From Gemmatales bacterium (GTDB lineage Bacteria; Planctomycetota; Planctomycetia; Gemmatales; HRBIN36): a DNA stretch of 64,000 nt. The stretch covers positions 34,647 to 98,646 of the forward strand of contig JANXCQ010000007.1 of NCBI GenBank assembly GCA_025060195.1, read 5' to 3'. Position 1 is the first letter of the stretch, and the number at the start of each line of letters is the position of its first letter. Under the pieces are notes generated by a model. It made no database searches. It was not told where the DNA came from and saw only the letters and a list, made by a program, of their open reading frames with translations. Position numbers and translations under genes: made by a program. Positions 17,776 to 27,016 of this stretch are shown here, piece after piece.

Positions 17776-19524
17776 ATGGAAATTAAACGTGGTGTCGCCG
17801 TTTCGCCGGGAGTAGCTATTGGTCCAGCTTGGGTTCTGGACACGGAGGAAGTACGCATTGGGGAGCGTTTTATCGCCACGGGCACGTACCCTGAGGAAAT
17901 CGAGCGCTTCGACCGAGCGGTACAAGCAGCCGCGAATGAAGCGCGTCAGATTCAGAAGACAGTTTCTGAACGTCTGGGCGAACAATACGGGGCGATTTTC
18001 GGCGCTCATGCCGCACTGATCGAAGACCCCAACCTGCGTCAAGAAGTCGCGGCGCAGATTCGCGACCACAGTTTTACCGCCGAATACGCGTTGAGCCGTG
18101 TCATTCGACGGCGCGCCAAGATTTTGGCCGGTCTGAATGACCGCATTTTGGCCGACCGGCAAAGCGACTTGTTTGATATTGAAAAACGCCTGCTGCGCCA
18201 ATTGGTAGGCCAACGTCAGGCACAACTTCAGAAACTCTCGGAAGCGGCGATTCTATTGGCTCATGACTTGGCCCCCAGCGAAACCGCCCAATTAGACCGC
18301 CAACATGTTTTGGCCTTCGCTACTGAGGCGGGTGGGCGGACAAGCCATACCGCGATCGTAGCCAATGCTCTGGGAATTCCGGCAGTAGTCGGTCTCGGGC
18401 CGTTTCTGACGGATGTATCGGGGGGCGACCTGGTAATAGTGGACGGCAATCGCGGCCTGCTTATTCTCGACCCGGATGCCGAAACCTTAGAGCGTTATCG
18501 CCAAGCCCAGGCGGCTCAAGCAGGTCATGAGCGCGAATTGATCGAGTTACGAGACTTACCTGCCATTACCCGCGACGGCGTTCGCATCCTCTTGCTGGGT
18601 AATATCGAGTTTCCGGAAGAAGCGGCGCAAATTCTTGAACGGGGTGCGGATGGCGTGGGGTTGTATCGCACAGAGTTTCTTTACCTAGGCCGAAAGGAGG
18701 ATCCTACTGAGCAAGAGCATTTCCAAGCGTATCTCAAGGTGCTTAGGCAACTACCGGGTAAGCCCATTGTAATTCGTACCCTGGACATTGGTGCCGACAA
18801 GTTTCGCTCGGCCGTGGAACCACCGGCACAAGAACGCAACCCGTTCCTCGGGGTGCGGAGTTTGCGCCTTTGTCTGCACAACAAGAGTTTATTCCGTGTG
18901 CAGCTTCGCGCTATACTCCGAGCCAGCGCATTCGGCGATGTTCGGATTATGTTTCCCATGGTCAGTACTCTGGCTGAGCTTCGGGAAGCTAAGTTGCTAT
19001 TGCACGACGTGATGGACGAGTTGAACGAGGAGCAAGTTCCGTTCAATCCGCAAATTCCTGTCGGGACTATGATTGAAGTCCCCTCTGCAGCGCTCATCGC
19101 CGACTTATTGGCCAAAGAGGTGAACTTCTTTTCCATCGGTACCAATGATTTGATTCAATACGTCCTAGCGGCCGACCGGACCAATGAAAATGTCGCGTAT
19201 CTTTACAACGCGTCAGATCCGGCGGTGCTGCGGCTCATTGAACAGGTGGTTCGCGCTGCGGAGCGTCACGGCATCCCCGTCAACGTCTGTGGCGAGATGG
19301 GCGCCGAGCCGATGTACGCCTTCGTGCTCATTGGCCTTGGTTTACGCCAGCTGAGCACACCTCCGAGTGCGATTCCCGAGTTGAAGCGATTGATTCGCTC
19401 CATCACCGTCGAGGAAGCGCGGCGCGCCGCCCAAGCCGCGTTGCAAATGGAAAGCGCTCAGGATATTACTAACTACCTCCGCGACCAAATTCGGCGAATT
19501 CTCCCAGAGGCACTGGCGGTCTGA
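17776..19524 (+). CDS. ptsI: Phosphoenolpyruvate-protein phosphotransferase (PTS enzyme I, no GAF domain).
   Basis: 582 aa with the phospho-His block GGRTSHTAIVANALGIPAVVG and a PEP-utilising C-terminal barrel (FFSIGTNDLIQY). Confidence 0.9.
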   Translation: MEIKRGVAVSPGVAIGPAWVLDTEEVRIGERFIATGTYPEEIERFDRAVQAAANEARQIQKTVSERLGEQYGAIFGAHAALIEDPNLRQEVAAQIRDHSFTAEYALSRVIRRRAKILAGLNDRILADRQSDLFDIEKRLLRQLVGQRQAQLQKLSEAAILLAHDLAPSETAQLDRQHVLAFATEAGGRTSHTAIVANALGIPAVVGLGPFLTDVSGGDLVIVDGNRGLLILDPDAETLERYRQAQAAQAGHERELIELRDLPAITRDGVRILLLGNIEFPEEAAQILERGADGVGLYRTEFLYLGRKEDPTEQEHFQAYLKVLRQLPGKPIVIRTLDIGADKFRSAVEPPAQERNPFLGVRSLRLCLHNKSLFRVQLRAILRASAFGDVRIMFPMVSTLAELREAKLLLHDVMDELNEEQVPFNPQIPVGTMIEVPSAALIADLLAKEVNFFSIGTNDLIQYVLAADRTNENVAYLYNASDPAVLRLIEQVVRAAERHGIPVNVCGEMGAEPMYAFVLIGLGLRQLSTPPSAIPELKRLIRSITVEEARRAAQAALQMESAQDITNYLRDQIRRILPEALAV

Positions 19525-19709
19525 CAAGCCGGATGCCTGCTGCTTCCACCCCAAGCAGATAACCTAACCGCAACATTTCCCCGAAGGATTCCGGGAACGC
19601 AACTCAGCCTGCCCACCACCTGAACGCATCCCCGGCATGGTTGGGGAGTGAGCGGTAGTAGCCGAGAAAGGTTCGCAGGGGTGTCCGGCCAAGGAGCTAT
19701 CCCGGGATT

Positions 19710-20447
19710 ATGACAACGCGCACGAAAGCACGCATCCGCTTTCGTAAGGCAGGCGACCTGCGCTTCTTTAGCCATCATGACTTAGCTCGGATGTTCGAGC
19801 GGATGCTTCGCCGGGCCGCTTTGCCGGTTCGCATGTCTGAGGGATTTCATCCCATGCCCCGCATAGCTTTTGCCAGTGCCTTGGGCCTGGGGATTATCGG
19901 TTGGGAGGAAGTGGTGGAAATCGAGTTTACCGAGCCGCTCACCCCCAGTGAAATTGAGCAGCGACTTCGTGAGCAGGCTCATCCGGACTTAGTTATTCTT
20001 TCGGTAGAATTAATTGAGGCGAAACGAAAGGCGCAACCGATTCGCAGTGTATATCGCTTTCGCCTACCCGAAGCTCTGTTACCGTTGGTACAAGAGCGAT
20101 TGGCGCAACTGCACCAACAGGAACAGTGGTGGGTAGAACGGGTGCGCGTCTTGGAAGGGGGAGCGCAACGACCAGATTCGAGCTCAGGCGATATTGAAGT
20201 CCCTCTCGTAGCTCCCATCCCGCGCCGTCAGGTGCGTTCCATCGACATCCGTAGCTTCGTCGAACGCCTCTGGATAGAAGACGGTGCCCTTTACTTTTCG
20301 TGCGCCATAACGTCTAAAGGCACGGCTCGGCCCGAAGAGATCTTGCGTTTACTTGATCTGGAGCATTTGCTGGATGAAGGCTACGTACTTGAACGCGTGC
20401 GCTTACAACTTGCCGACGAACCGATGTCGGAGGTCTCCTCCTCATGA
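19710..20447 (+). CDS. DUF2344 / TIGR03936-like 'radical-SAM-linked' protein.
   Basis: RIRFRKAGDLRFFSHHDLARMFERMLRRAALPVRMSEGFHPMPRIAFASALGLG matches the family signature as I recall it. The stop overlaps the next ATG (ATGA at 20444-20447). Confidence 0.8.
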   Translation: MTTRTKARIRFRKAGDLRFFSHHDLARMFERMLRRAALPVRMSEGFHPMPRIAFASALGLGIIGWEEVVEIEFTEPLTPSEIEQRLREQAHPDLVILSVELIEAKRKAQPIRSVYRFRLPEALLPLVQERLAQLHQQEQWWVERVRVLEGGAQRPDSSSGDIEVPLVAPIPRRQVRSIDIRSFVERLWIEDGALYFSCAITSKGTARPEEILRLLDLEHLLDEGYVLERVRLQLADEPMSEVSSS

Positions 20448-22378
20448 AAAAGGAAATGCTTATCAACGTCTGCGAACCTGAGGAATGTCGCATTGCCATC
20501 GTCGAAGATGGCGTCTTGGAAGAACTCTATATTGAACGCACTTCGCAGGAAAGCTATATCGGCAACATTTATAAAGGTCGCATTGTGAACATCGAACCGA
20601 GTATTCAGGCCGCCTTCGTGGATTTTGGAATCGGACGCAACGGCTTCCTCCACGTCAGCGATGTGGCCCCCCAATATTATCGCCACATCCTCGAAGGGTT
20701 GCCTGCCCCAACCGACCCCATCTTCGAATTGCCCGATATGCCGGTTTACGATATCCCCGAAGAGGATGACGAGGATCATGCGGAGGAAGCTCCCAGTGGC
20801 TATGAGATGGCTTCGCCCGCATGTTCCGGGCCTCAAGCAGGGCACTCGGCCAAGTTAGAAACACGGGGCCGCGGCCGTCCATTCGGTGGATTTGCTGAAC
20901 CTCAAGCTTCGCTTCCTTCGGAATCGCTGCTAACATCTCCGTCCCCCGGCGCTGAACCAGTGTGCGCTGTCGTCGATGATGTTGGCGGTTCCGGTCAAGC
21001 AGTTCCGGCAATTCCCGTGGCATCCGCCTCTACAGCTTCTCCCAACGGTTCCGAAGGCTCTGTAATCGAAGCATGCCCGCGCCCCCAGCAGGCCCGAATG
21101 CGTCCACGCCTGCGCGGCGTGCCCCAACGGCAACCGAAGCCACCGATTCAGGACATCTTTCGCCGCGGACAGGAAGTCCTAGTTCAGGTCATCAAGGAAG
21201 GCCTGGGCTCGAAAGGGCCGACACTTTCTACTTATATCAGCATTCCGGGCCGATATTTGGTCCTAATGCCCGGACTAGGTCGTATTGGCGTGTCCCGCAA
21301 GATTACCGATGAAGAACAGCGTCGGCGGCTACGCCGCATTCTCCAAGAGCTACACCTTCCGAAAGGCTTAGGCTTTATTATTCGTACTGCCGGTTTAGAT
21401 CGCACGAAGAAAGAACTCCAGCGCGACTTAGCTTATCTTTCCCGCGTTTGGAAAGTGGTGATCCGCAGAGTGCGAAAGTGTCAAGCGCCTGCGCTGGTTT
21501 ATCAGGAAAGCGACATGATTATTCGCACCATCCGAGATGTGTTTGATAGTCAAATTCAAAGAATTTATATAGATGAACCGAAGGCTTATGAACATGCGCG
21601 GGAATTTTTGCAGATTGTTATGCCCCGTTACGCCGACCGTTTGCAACTATATTCCGATAGTGAACCCTTGTTTCACCGCTATGGCATTGAAAAAGAGATT
21701 GCGCGCGTGCATAGCCGACATGTCCAACTACCTGGCGGTGGCTCCCTAGTCATTGACACCACCGAAGCCTTAGTGGCTGTGGATGTTAATAGCGGTAACT
21801 TTCGTGCCGATAATGACGCAGAACAGACGGCTTATCTGGTGAACTTAGCCGCGGCCAAGGAAATTGCGCGGCAACTAAGGTTGCGGGATCTGGGCGGTGT
21901 GATAATCATTGACTTCATAGACATGCGCGACGAACAGCATAAACGGGATGTCGAGCGGACGTTGCGGGAAGCTGTCCAACGCGATCGCGCTCGAACTAAG
22001 ATTTTGCGCATGTCTCCTTTCTGCATCGTGGAAATGACGCGGCAACGGATTCGGCCCTCGCTCAAACACAGCGTCTTCGAGGATTGCCCGTGGTGTCAAG
22101 GTACCGGCCAGGTAAAGACCCCCGAGAGCGTGAGCCTGGAAATTATCCGCCTGCTGAAACTCGCCGTTCATCGCGCCAGGATTCGCCGCATCCATGTGAA
22201 CGTTTCGGAACCGGTGGCTCATTATCTGCTGAATCGCCAACGCAAGAACATCACTGCCTTAGAAGAACAACATCAAGTGCACATCGTCATCCGGGTCGTT
22301 CCCAATCAACCCCCTGATTTTCTCCAAATTCAGTGCTTAGACCAGAATGGCGCGGAAATCCGAGTAATACCGTCTTAG
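20444..22378 (+). CDS. Ribonuclease E/G family endoribonuclease with a large insertion in the S1 domain.
   Basis: The S1 N-terminal half is GNIYKGRIVNIEPSIQAAFVDFGIGRNGFLHVSDV. The S1 C-terminal half is IFRRGQEVLVQVIKEGLGSKGPTLS. The catalytic core includes VAVDVNSG and GGVIIIDFIDM, and a Zn-link CPWCQGTG is present. Confidence 0.9.
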   Translation: MKKEMLINVCEPEECRIAIVEDGVLEELYIERTSQESYIGNIYKGRIVNIEPSIQAAFVDFGIGRNGFLHVSDVAPQYYRHILEGLPAPTDPIFELPDMPVYDIPEEDDEDHAEEAPSGYEMASPACSGPQAGHSAKLETRGRGRPFGGFAEPQASLPSESLLTSPSPGAEPVCAVVDDVGGSGQAVPAIPVASASTASPNGSEGSVIEACPRPQQARMRPRLRGVPQRQPKPPIQDIFRRGQEVLVQVIKEGLGSKGPTLSTYISIPGRYLVLMPGLGRIGVSRKITDEEQRRRLRRILQELHLPKGLGFIIRTAGLDRTKKELQRDLAYLSRVWKVVIRRVRKCQAPALVYQESDMIIRTIRDVFDSQIQRIYIDEPKAYEHAREFLQIVMPRYADRLQLYSDSEPLFHRYGIEKEIARVHSRHVQLPGGGSLVIDTTEALVAVDVNSGNFRADNDAEQTAYLVNLAAAKEIARQLRLRDLGGVIIIDFIDMRDEQHKRDVERTLREAVQRDRARTKILRMSPFCIVEMTRQRIRPSLKHSVFEDCPWCQGTGQVKTPESVSLEIIRLLKLAVHRARIRRIHVNVSEPVAHYLLNRQRKNITALEEQHQVHIVIRVVPNQPPDFLQIQCLDQNGAEIRVIPS

Positions 22379-22584
22379 TTTGTTCGTATAAATATGTGCT
22401 TAGAACCCTGACTTACTCGATGTCTAGTCCCGATCAATGAACCATCTTATGTATTTGGTCCCCTAACTTATGTGAGTAAAAAATATGCGTTGGGCCACTG
22501 CATCAGGAGGGTGGGCTTATAGAAAGTGTGCCTGGCATATCAAAAAGATGCCCTGCATGATTCAGGAGTCATGGAGGACAAGGC

Positions 22585-23577
22585 ATGAGATGCCTAGTAA
22601 CTGGGGCGGCGGGGTTTATTGGTTCGCACTTATGTGAGCGCTTATTAGAAGATGGACATGATGTTATCGGTATAGATGCCCTGGTCCCTTACTATGATCC
22701 GCAAATTAAGCAAGCCAACTTGACACGACTCTTACAACACCAGCGCTTTCGATTTTACCGATGGGATCTACGCTATCAAGACCTGCGGGAAGTGGTGAGG
22801 TGGGCAGACTATATATTTCACCTAGCGGCTATGCCGGGTTTGATCCAAGCTTGGCAGGATTTCGAGGGCTACTGGACGTGCAACGTACTGGCGACCCATC
22901 GTTTATTAGAGGCCGTTCAGCATCATGCTTCAAGCTTGCGCCGATTTCTCTATATCAGCACCTCGTCCGTTTATGGACGATATGCGTCGGGAGATGAGTC
23001 GTTACCATTAAAACCAATCTCCCCCTATGGGGTGACTAAGTTGGCAGGGGAACAATTATGCCGAGCGCATGCTGAGGTCTATGGCTTGCCCCTCGTCGTG
23101 CTGCGGTATTTTTCGGTTTACGGTCCCCGGCAGCGGCCGGACATGGCTTATCATCGGTTTATTCGCGCATTATTGCTGGACGAACCTATAACCGTTTACG
23201 GAGATGGGTTACAAATCCGCGGCAACACTTATATTAGCGACTGCATCGAAGCAACTATCCGCACCATGGACGCACCCCCTGGAGAAACTTATAACATCGG
23301 AGGCGGCGAGACCGCTACGGTCTGGGAAATTATCCGGAAATTGGAGGGGATCAGCGGACGCAAAGCGCGGATCCGTCAGGAAGCATCGCGACCAGGGGAT
23401 CAGCGGTATACCTTTGCCGACACCACGAAACTCCGCCTACATTTCGATTGGCGACCACGGGTGGGCTTGGATGAAGGGCTGCGACAACAATGGGCTTGGC
23501 AGGAGCGGCAGTTGACGAAGGCCAACAAATCGTCCGCTACCAGGGAGTCAGCTTATGAACATTTCGGCCAAAATTGA
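22585..23577 (+). CDS. NAD-dependent sugar-nucleotide epimerase/dehydratase (extended SDR).
   Basis: VTGAAGFIGSHL Rossmann motif and the catalytic SPYGVTKLAGE (YxxxK). Confidence 0.85.
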   Translation: MRCLVTGAAGFIGSHLCERLLEDGHDVIGIDALVPYYDPQIKQANLTRLLQHQRFRFYRWDLRYQDLREVVRWADYIFHLAAMPGLIQAWQDFEGYWTCNVLATHRLLEAVQHHASSLRRFLYISTSSVYGRYASGDESLPLKPISPYGVTKLAGEQLCRAHAEVYGLPLVVLRYFSVYGPRQRPDMAYHRFIRALLLDEPITVYGDGLQIRGNTYISDCIEATIRTMDAPPGETYNIGGGETATVWEIIRKLEGISGRKARIRQEASRPGDQRYTFADTTKLRLHFDWRPRVGLDEGLRQQWAWQERQLTKANKSSATRESAYEHFGQN

Positions 23578-24034
23578 AGAATACCTCCAAGGTCCACAAC
23601 TTCTACGGCGGGCGGTTGCGGGAATGACTCAAGAGCAACTCGTGGCCCGACCCGTGCCTGGACGATGGAGCACGCTGGAAGTGGTTTGTCATTTGGCAGA
23701 CTTCGAGCCGATCTTCGCCGATCGGATCAAGCGGGCTCTTGCAGAAGAACGACCTACTATCTTGGGCGCAAATCAAGACCTTTTCGTCCAGCGTTTGGCC
23801 TATCATGAGCGCGATTTGGAGGAAGAACTAAGTTTAATTGAACTCACTCGCAAGCAATTGGCCCGAATATTGCGAACCCTGCAGCCGGAGGACTTTCAAC
23901 GAGTAGCAGTGCACAATCAAGCTGGCCCCCGCACTGTAGAACAATTGCTGGATACGGCCATTCGACATATCCCCCACCATGTGCAATTCATCAGGGAAAA
24001 ACGCCGCGCTTTAGGCTTGCCTGATTTTATGTAG
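23555..24034 (+). CDS. DinB-family (DinB_2) metal-binding four-helix-bundle protein.
   Basis: WSTLEVVCHLADFE ... IRHIPHHVQFI histidine pattern. The start overlaps the epimerase 3' end by 23 nt. Confidence 0.75.
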   Translation: MNISAKIEEYLQGPQLLRRAVAGMTQEQLVARPVPGRWSTLEVVCHLADFEPIFADRIKRALAEERPTILGANQDLFVQRLAYHERDLEEELSLIELTRKQLARILRTLQPEDFQRVAVHNQAGPRTVEQLLDTAIRHIPHHVQFIREKRRALGLPDFM

Positions 24035-24144
24035 CTGGGGCAAACGCGAGGTTCGGCCATCTGAAGTCCGTCAGAAGTTCAGCGAGAGATATGCCTCAGT
24101 TCAGAGCGAAGTAACAACAGGTTTTCGGCCATTTCGATTTAGAT

Positions 24145-24771
24145 TTGCTCCTCTCGGATGCGGCTCATAAAATTCATTTGCTGCTGAAAGAAAAAAATCT
24201 TGTAAAGGGTGCAAAAGCTGTGGAAAGCGAGGCTGCTCAGTTACCGCAACTCCTCGTTGAGGTGGAACAGCAATTCGTAGAACTATGGGGGGATATGAGT
24301 TCGTGGTGGGGTGTAAGTCGAACCATGGCCGAGATTCACGGCTTGCTTTATATCACGGGCGAGGCTCTGAGTGCTGAAGAAATTCAAAGGCGTTTAGGAA
24401 TATCACGTGGCAATGTGAGCATGAATATACGCACGTTAGTAGAATGGGGGTTAGTACGGCGGGTACGGAAACGGGGGGATCGCCGTGAATATTTTCAGTC
24501 GGTAACGGATGTTTGGGAAATGTTTACCGTGCTGGCAGCGCAACGGAAGCGGCGGGAGATTGACCCCGTAGTACGGACTTTAGAAGAATGTCGCGAGCGT
24601 CTGAGTGCTGAATCCATTGGGGAGGCGGCGAGTGACCCGAAAGCGCGCCAACGTCTGGAACGGATCGAGAATCTGCTGACTTTCTTACGAATGCTGCAGC
24701 AGCTGGCAGAGAAATTTATCACGAGCCAACGCGGCTTACAGGCAGCTGTGAAACGCCTAGCAGAATTGTGA
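24145..24771 (+). CDS. GbsR/MarR-like winged-helix transcriptional regulator.
   Basis: AEIHGLLYITGEALSAEEIQRRLGISRGNVSMNIRTLVEWGLVRRVRKRGDRREYF. The start is uncertain: TTG 24145, or GTG 24220. Confidence 0.7.
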   Translation: MLLSDAAHKIHLLLKEKNLVKGAKAVESEAAQLPQLLVEVEQQFVELWGDMSSWWGVSRTMAEIHGLLYITGEALSAEEIQRRLGISRGNVSMNIRTLVEWGLVRRVRKRGDRREYFQSVTDVWEMFTVLAAQRKRREIDPVVRTLEECRERLSAESIGEAASDPKARQRLERIENLLTFLRMLQQLAEKFITSQRGLQAAVKRLAEL

Positions 24772-25049
24772 GGCTAACACGCCCCAATACGAGGGTAAAA
24801 TACCGCCATTTCGCCTCAGCAGCTGTGGGCTAAGCGGGGAGTAAACCCAAAAAAAGGCCGAAAAATCAGAAATTTTTTTATTTTTCCAGTTGAAAATCGA
24901 GCAAATTTGATTACTGTTTCGATCAACATTCAGTGCCAATTCGCCGTGCGCGTGGCACGGTGGAGTCACCACATTAGGAGCGGGAGTAGTGTGGTGGCTT
25001 TTGGCGGTATTATTCCTAACACTTCCCGCGTCGGTAAGTGAGGTGCCTC

Positions 25050-25367
25050 ATGGCCAAAGCAGCAACGACTGGACGGATGAGTAAATCGGAAATTGCCTCG
25101 TATTTGGCCGAAAAAGTTGGCATCACTAAGAAGCAAGCGGCGCAGGTTATGCAAGAGCTAGTGCAGCTGATTTACAAGCAGGCGAAGAATGGCTTTGTCA
25201 TTCCAGGTTTAGGAAAAATTGTGCTATCCGAGCGGCCAGCGCGGAAAATGATTATGCGTTTCGGTCCCAAACAAGGGCAGGAGATCCTTATTCCTAAAAA
25301 GAAAGTGCTCAAATTCCGTTTCTTAAAGGCGGCCAAAGATGCCATTCTCGGCCCTGCCAAGAAGTGA
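25050..25367 (+). CDS. hup: HU/IHF-family nucleoid-associated DNA-binding protein.
   Basis: SKSEIASYLAEKVGITKKQAAQVMQELVQLI...GLGKIVLSERPARK...KVLKFRFLKAAKDAI. ATG 25050 follows GTGAGGTG. An AT-rich promoter region lies upstream at 24830-24960. Confidence 0.85.
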   Translation: MAKAATTGRMSKSEIASYLAEKVGITKKQAAQVMQELVQLIYKQAKNGFVIPGLGKIVLSERPARKMIMRFGPKQGQEILIPKKKVLKFRFLKAAKDAILGPAKK

Positions 25368-25519
25368 AACCATTTTCATGGCGAAGGTAAAAGCTTACAA
25401 TGGCATGTACTAACTGAGACTTTTGTTGCCTCAAGTTTTTAGCTGATTTAGGCTAATAAAATTGTCCGCGGAACGCGGTTTCGGGACAAAGATCCTTGAT
25501 TTCTACGAATGGGAGAAAA

Positions 25520-26092
25520 ATGCTGGAGGTAATTCGTGGCCCTGCATACGTGTTGGGCGATAACATTGACACCGACCAAATCATTCCTGCCCAATATCTG
25601 ATTTACAATCCAGCGATACCGGAAGAGTATCGCATGCTGGGTAAGTATGCCCTGGCTGGCGTTCCTGTTGCGCAGGCGGGTCTGCCCCAGGGATACGTAC
25701 CATTTCATAGGTCTGAGGACGAGTTCAAGGCATCTTTTCCCATAATTATCGCCGGTCGGAACTTTGGTTGCGGCTCGTCGCGGGAACATGCGCCGATCGC
25801 TTTGAATGCCGCGGGCGTTCGTGTGGTGGTGGCGGAGTTTTTCGCGCGCATCTTTTATCGCAACGCCGTCAATGGCGGCTATTTGATCCCGTTCGAGTCT
25901 GTGGAACGTCTAGTGGAGCAAATCCGCACCGGAGACGAGGTCGAGATTGACGTAAGCCATGCGCGGTTAGTGAATCACAGCACGGGCCGAACACATGCCC
26001 TGAAGCCGCTCGGCGACATCGCGCCTATTCTAGCGGCTGGTGGTTTATTCGCCTATGCACGCCTGGCTGGACTTTTGCCCAGTGCCACTTAA
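25520..26092 (+). CDS. leuD: 3-isopropylmalate/homoaconitate dehydratase small subunit (LeuD type 2-like). No large-subunit gene is adjacent.
   Basis: [17 protein letters not shown] and [20 protein letters not shown] 25520 follows GGGAGA. Confidence 0.85.
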   Translation: MLEVIRGPAYVLGDNIDTDQIIPAQYLIYNPAIPEEYRMLGKYALAGVPVAQAGLPQGYVPFHRSEDEFKASFPIIIAGRNFGCGSSREHAPIALNAAGVRVVVAEFFARIFYRNAVNGGYLIPFESVERLVEQIRTGDEVEIDVSHARLVNHSTGRTHALKPLGDIAPILAAGGLFAYARLAGLLPSAT

Positions 26093-26104
26093 GGATAGAG
26101 CGAC

Positions 26105-26398
26105 ATGGGTTGGCTGAGACGGGCTTGGTACAACTGGCGGCAGCGCCACCAGCATCCTCTAAGTCTGGCCTTACATGCAGTGGGCATCCCGATGACCATA
26201 CTTGCCCTTCCTTGTCTGATACTGACCTGGTGGTCGGCCGCGGCTGTGTTGTTTTTTGGGGGCTACGCTTTACAGTTCGTAGGCCACGCTATTGAAGGAA
26301 ACGATCCAGGCGAGGTGATACTTGTGAAGCGTTTCCTGGGATTGTCGTATGTTGCTGTTGCAGTACAGTTCAAGCGGCCGCAAGGACGTGATGGTTAG
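26105..26398 (+). CDS. DUF962 / Mpo1-like small membrane protein.
   Basis: HQHPLSLALHAVGIPMTILAL...GGYALQFVGHAIEGNDPGE. The family call is from recall. Confidence 0.6.
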   Translation: MGWLRRAWYNWRQRHQHPLSLALHAVGIPMTILALPCLILTWWSAAAVLFFGGYALQFVGHAIEGNDPGEVILVKRFLGLSYVAVAVQFKRPQGRDG

Positions 26399-26413
26399 AG
26401 AATTTCTCACCCC

Positions 26414-26442
26414 TTGAAACTTACGCGTTAGCCCAGTAAATT
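26414..26442 (+). promoter_or_regulatory. Candidate sigma70 promoter of rpsO.
   Basis: TTGAAA (26414-26419), a 17-nt spacer, then TAAATT (26437-26442), about 90 nt upstream of the rpsO ATG. Confidence 0.35.
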
Positions 26443-26533
26443 TTTTTTGTAAGGATCAAAATCGATTCGAGCGAATGGGCAAAAGTCTGGGAAAAGCCAA
26501 CGGCGCCCGACAGAGCTGAGTCGAGGGCAGAAC

Positions 26534-26803
26534 ATGGCAGTGACCAAGGAGCGCAAGGCGGAGATCATTGCACAATATCGGCGGAGCGAAAAAGACACCG
26601 GGTCGCCAGAAGTCCAAATTGCGCTTCTCACTGCCCGTATCAACGAGCTGACCGAACACCTGAAGCAGCACCGCAAGGATTTCTCGAGCCGACGCGGTCT
26701 GCTAATGCTGGTCAGCAAAAGGAACAGGCTGCTTAACTACATTCGGAAAAAGGCCCCCCAACGCTACCTGGAGGTCATCGAGCGCTTGGGTTTGCGGAAA
26801 TAA
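26534..26803 (+). CDS. rpsO: 30S ribosomal protein S15.
   Basis: 89 aa, reading [57 protein letters not shown]. Confidence 0.95.
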   Translation: MAVTKERKAEIIAQYRRSEKDTGSPEVQIALLTARINELTEHLKQHRKDFSSRRGLLMLVSKRNRLLNYIRKKAPQRYLEVIERLGLRK

Positions 26804-27016
26804 AACGGCAACGATTTCGCTGGGGCAGCCAGGTCCCCCCGACGCTCATGAGCAAGCTATGTCTCTTGCCTCCAGTAAAGTGCAATGCAATCTTTGGGGT
26901 CCAATACGATAGCAAGCAGCCGAGCCCAGTCAGGCTCCGAGTGTTGGGCGTCGTTGTGCGGAACTAAGCTTTGACTAGGTTTGGCATCCAGGGTGAACTT
27001 CGGCGAGGAGTCAGCA

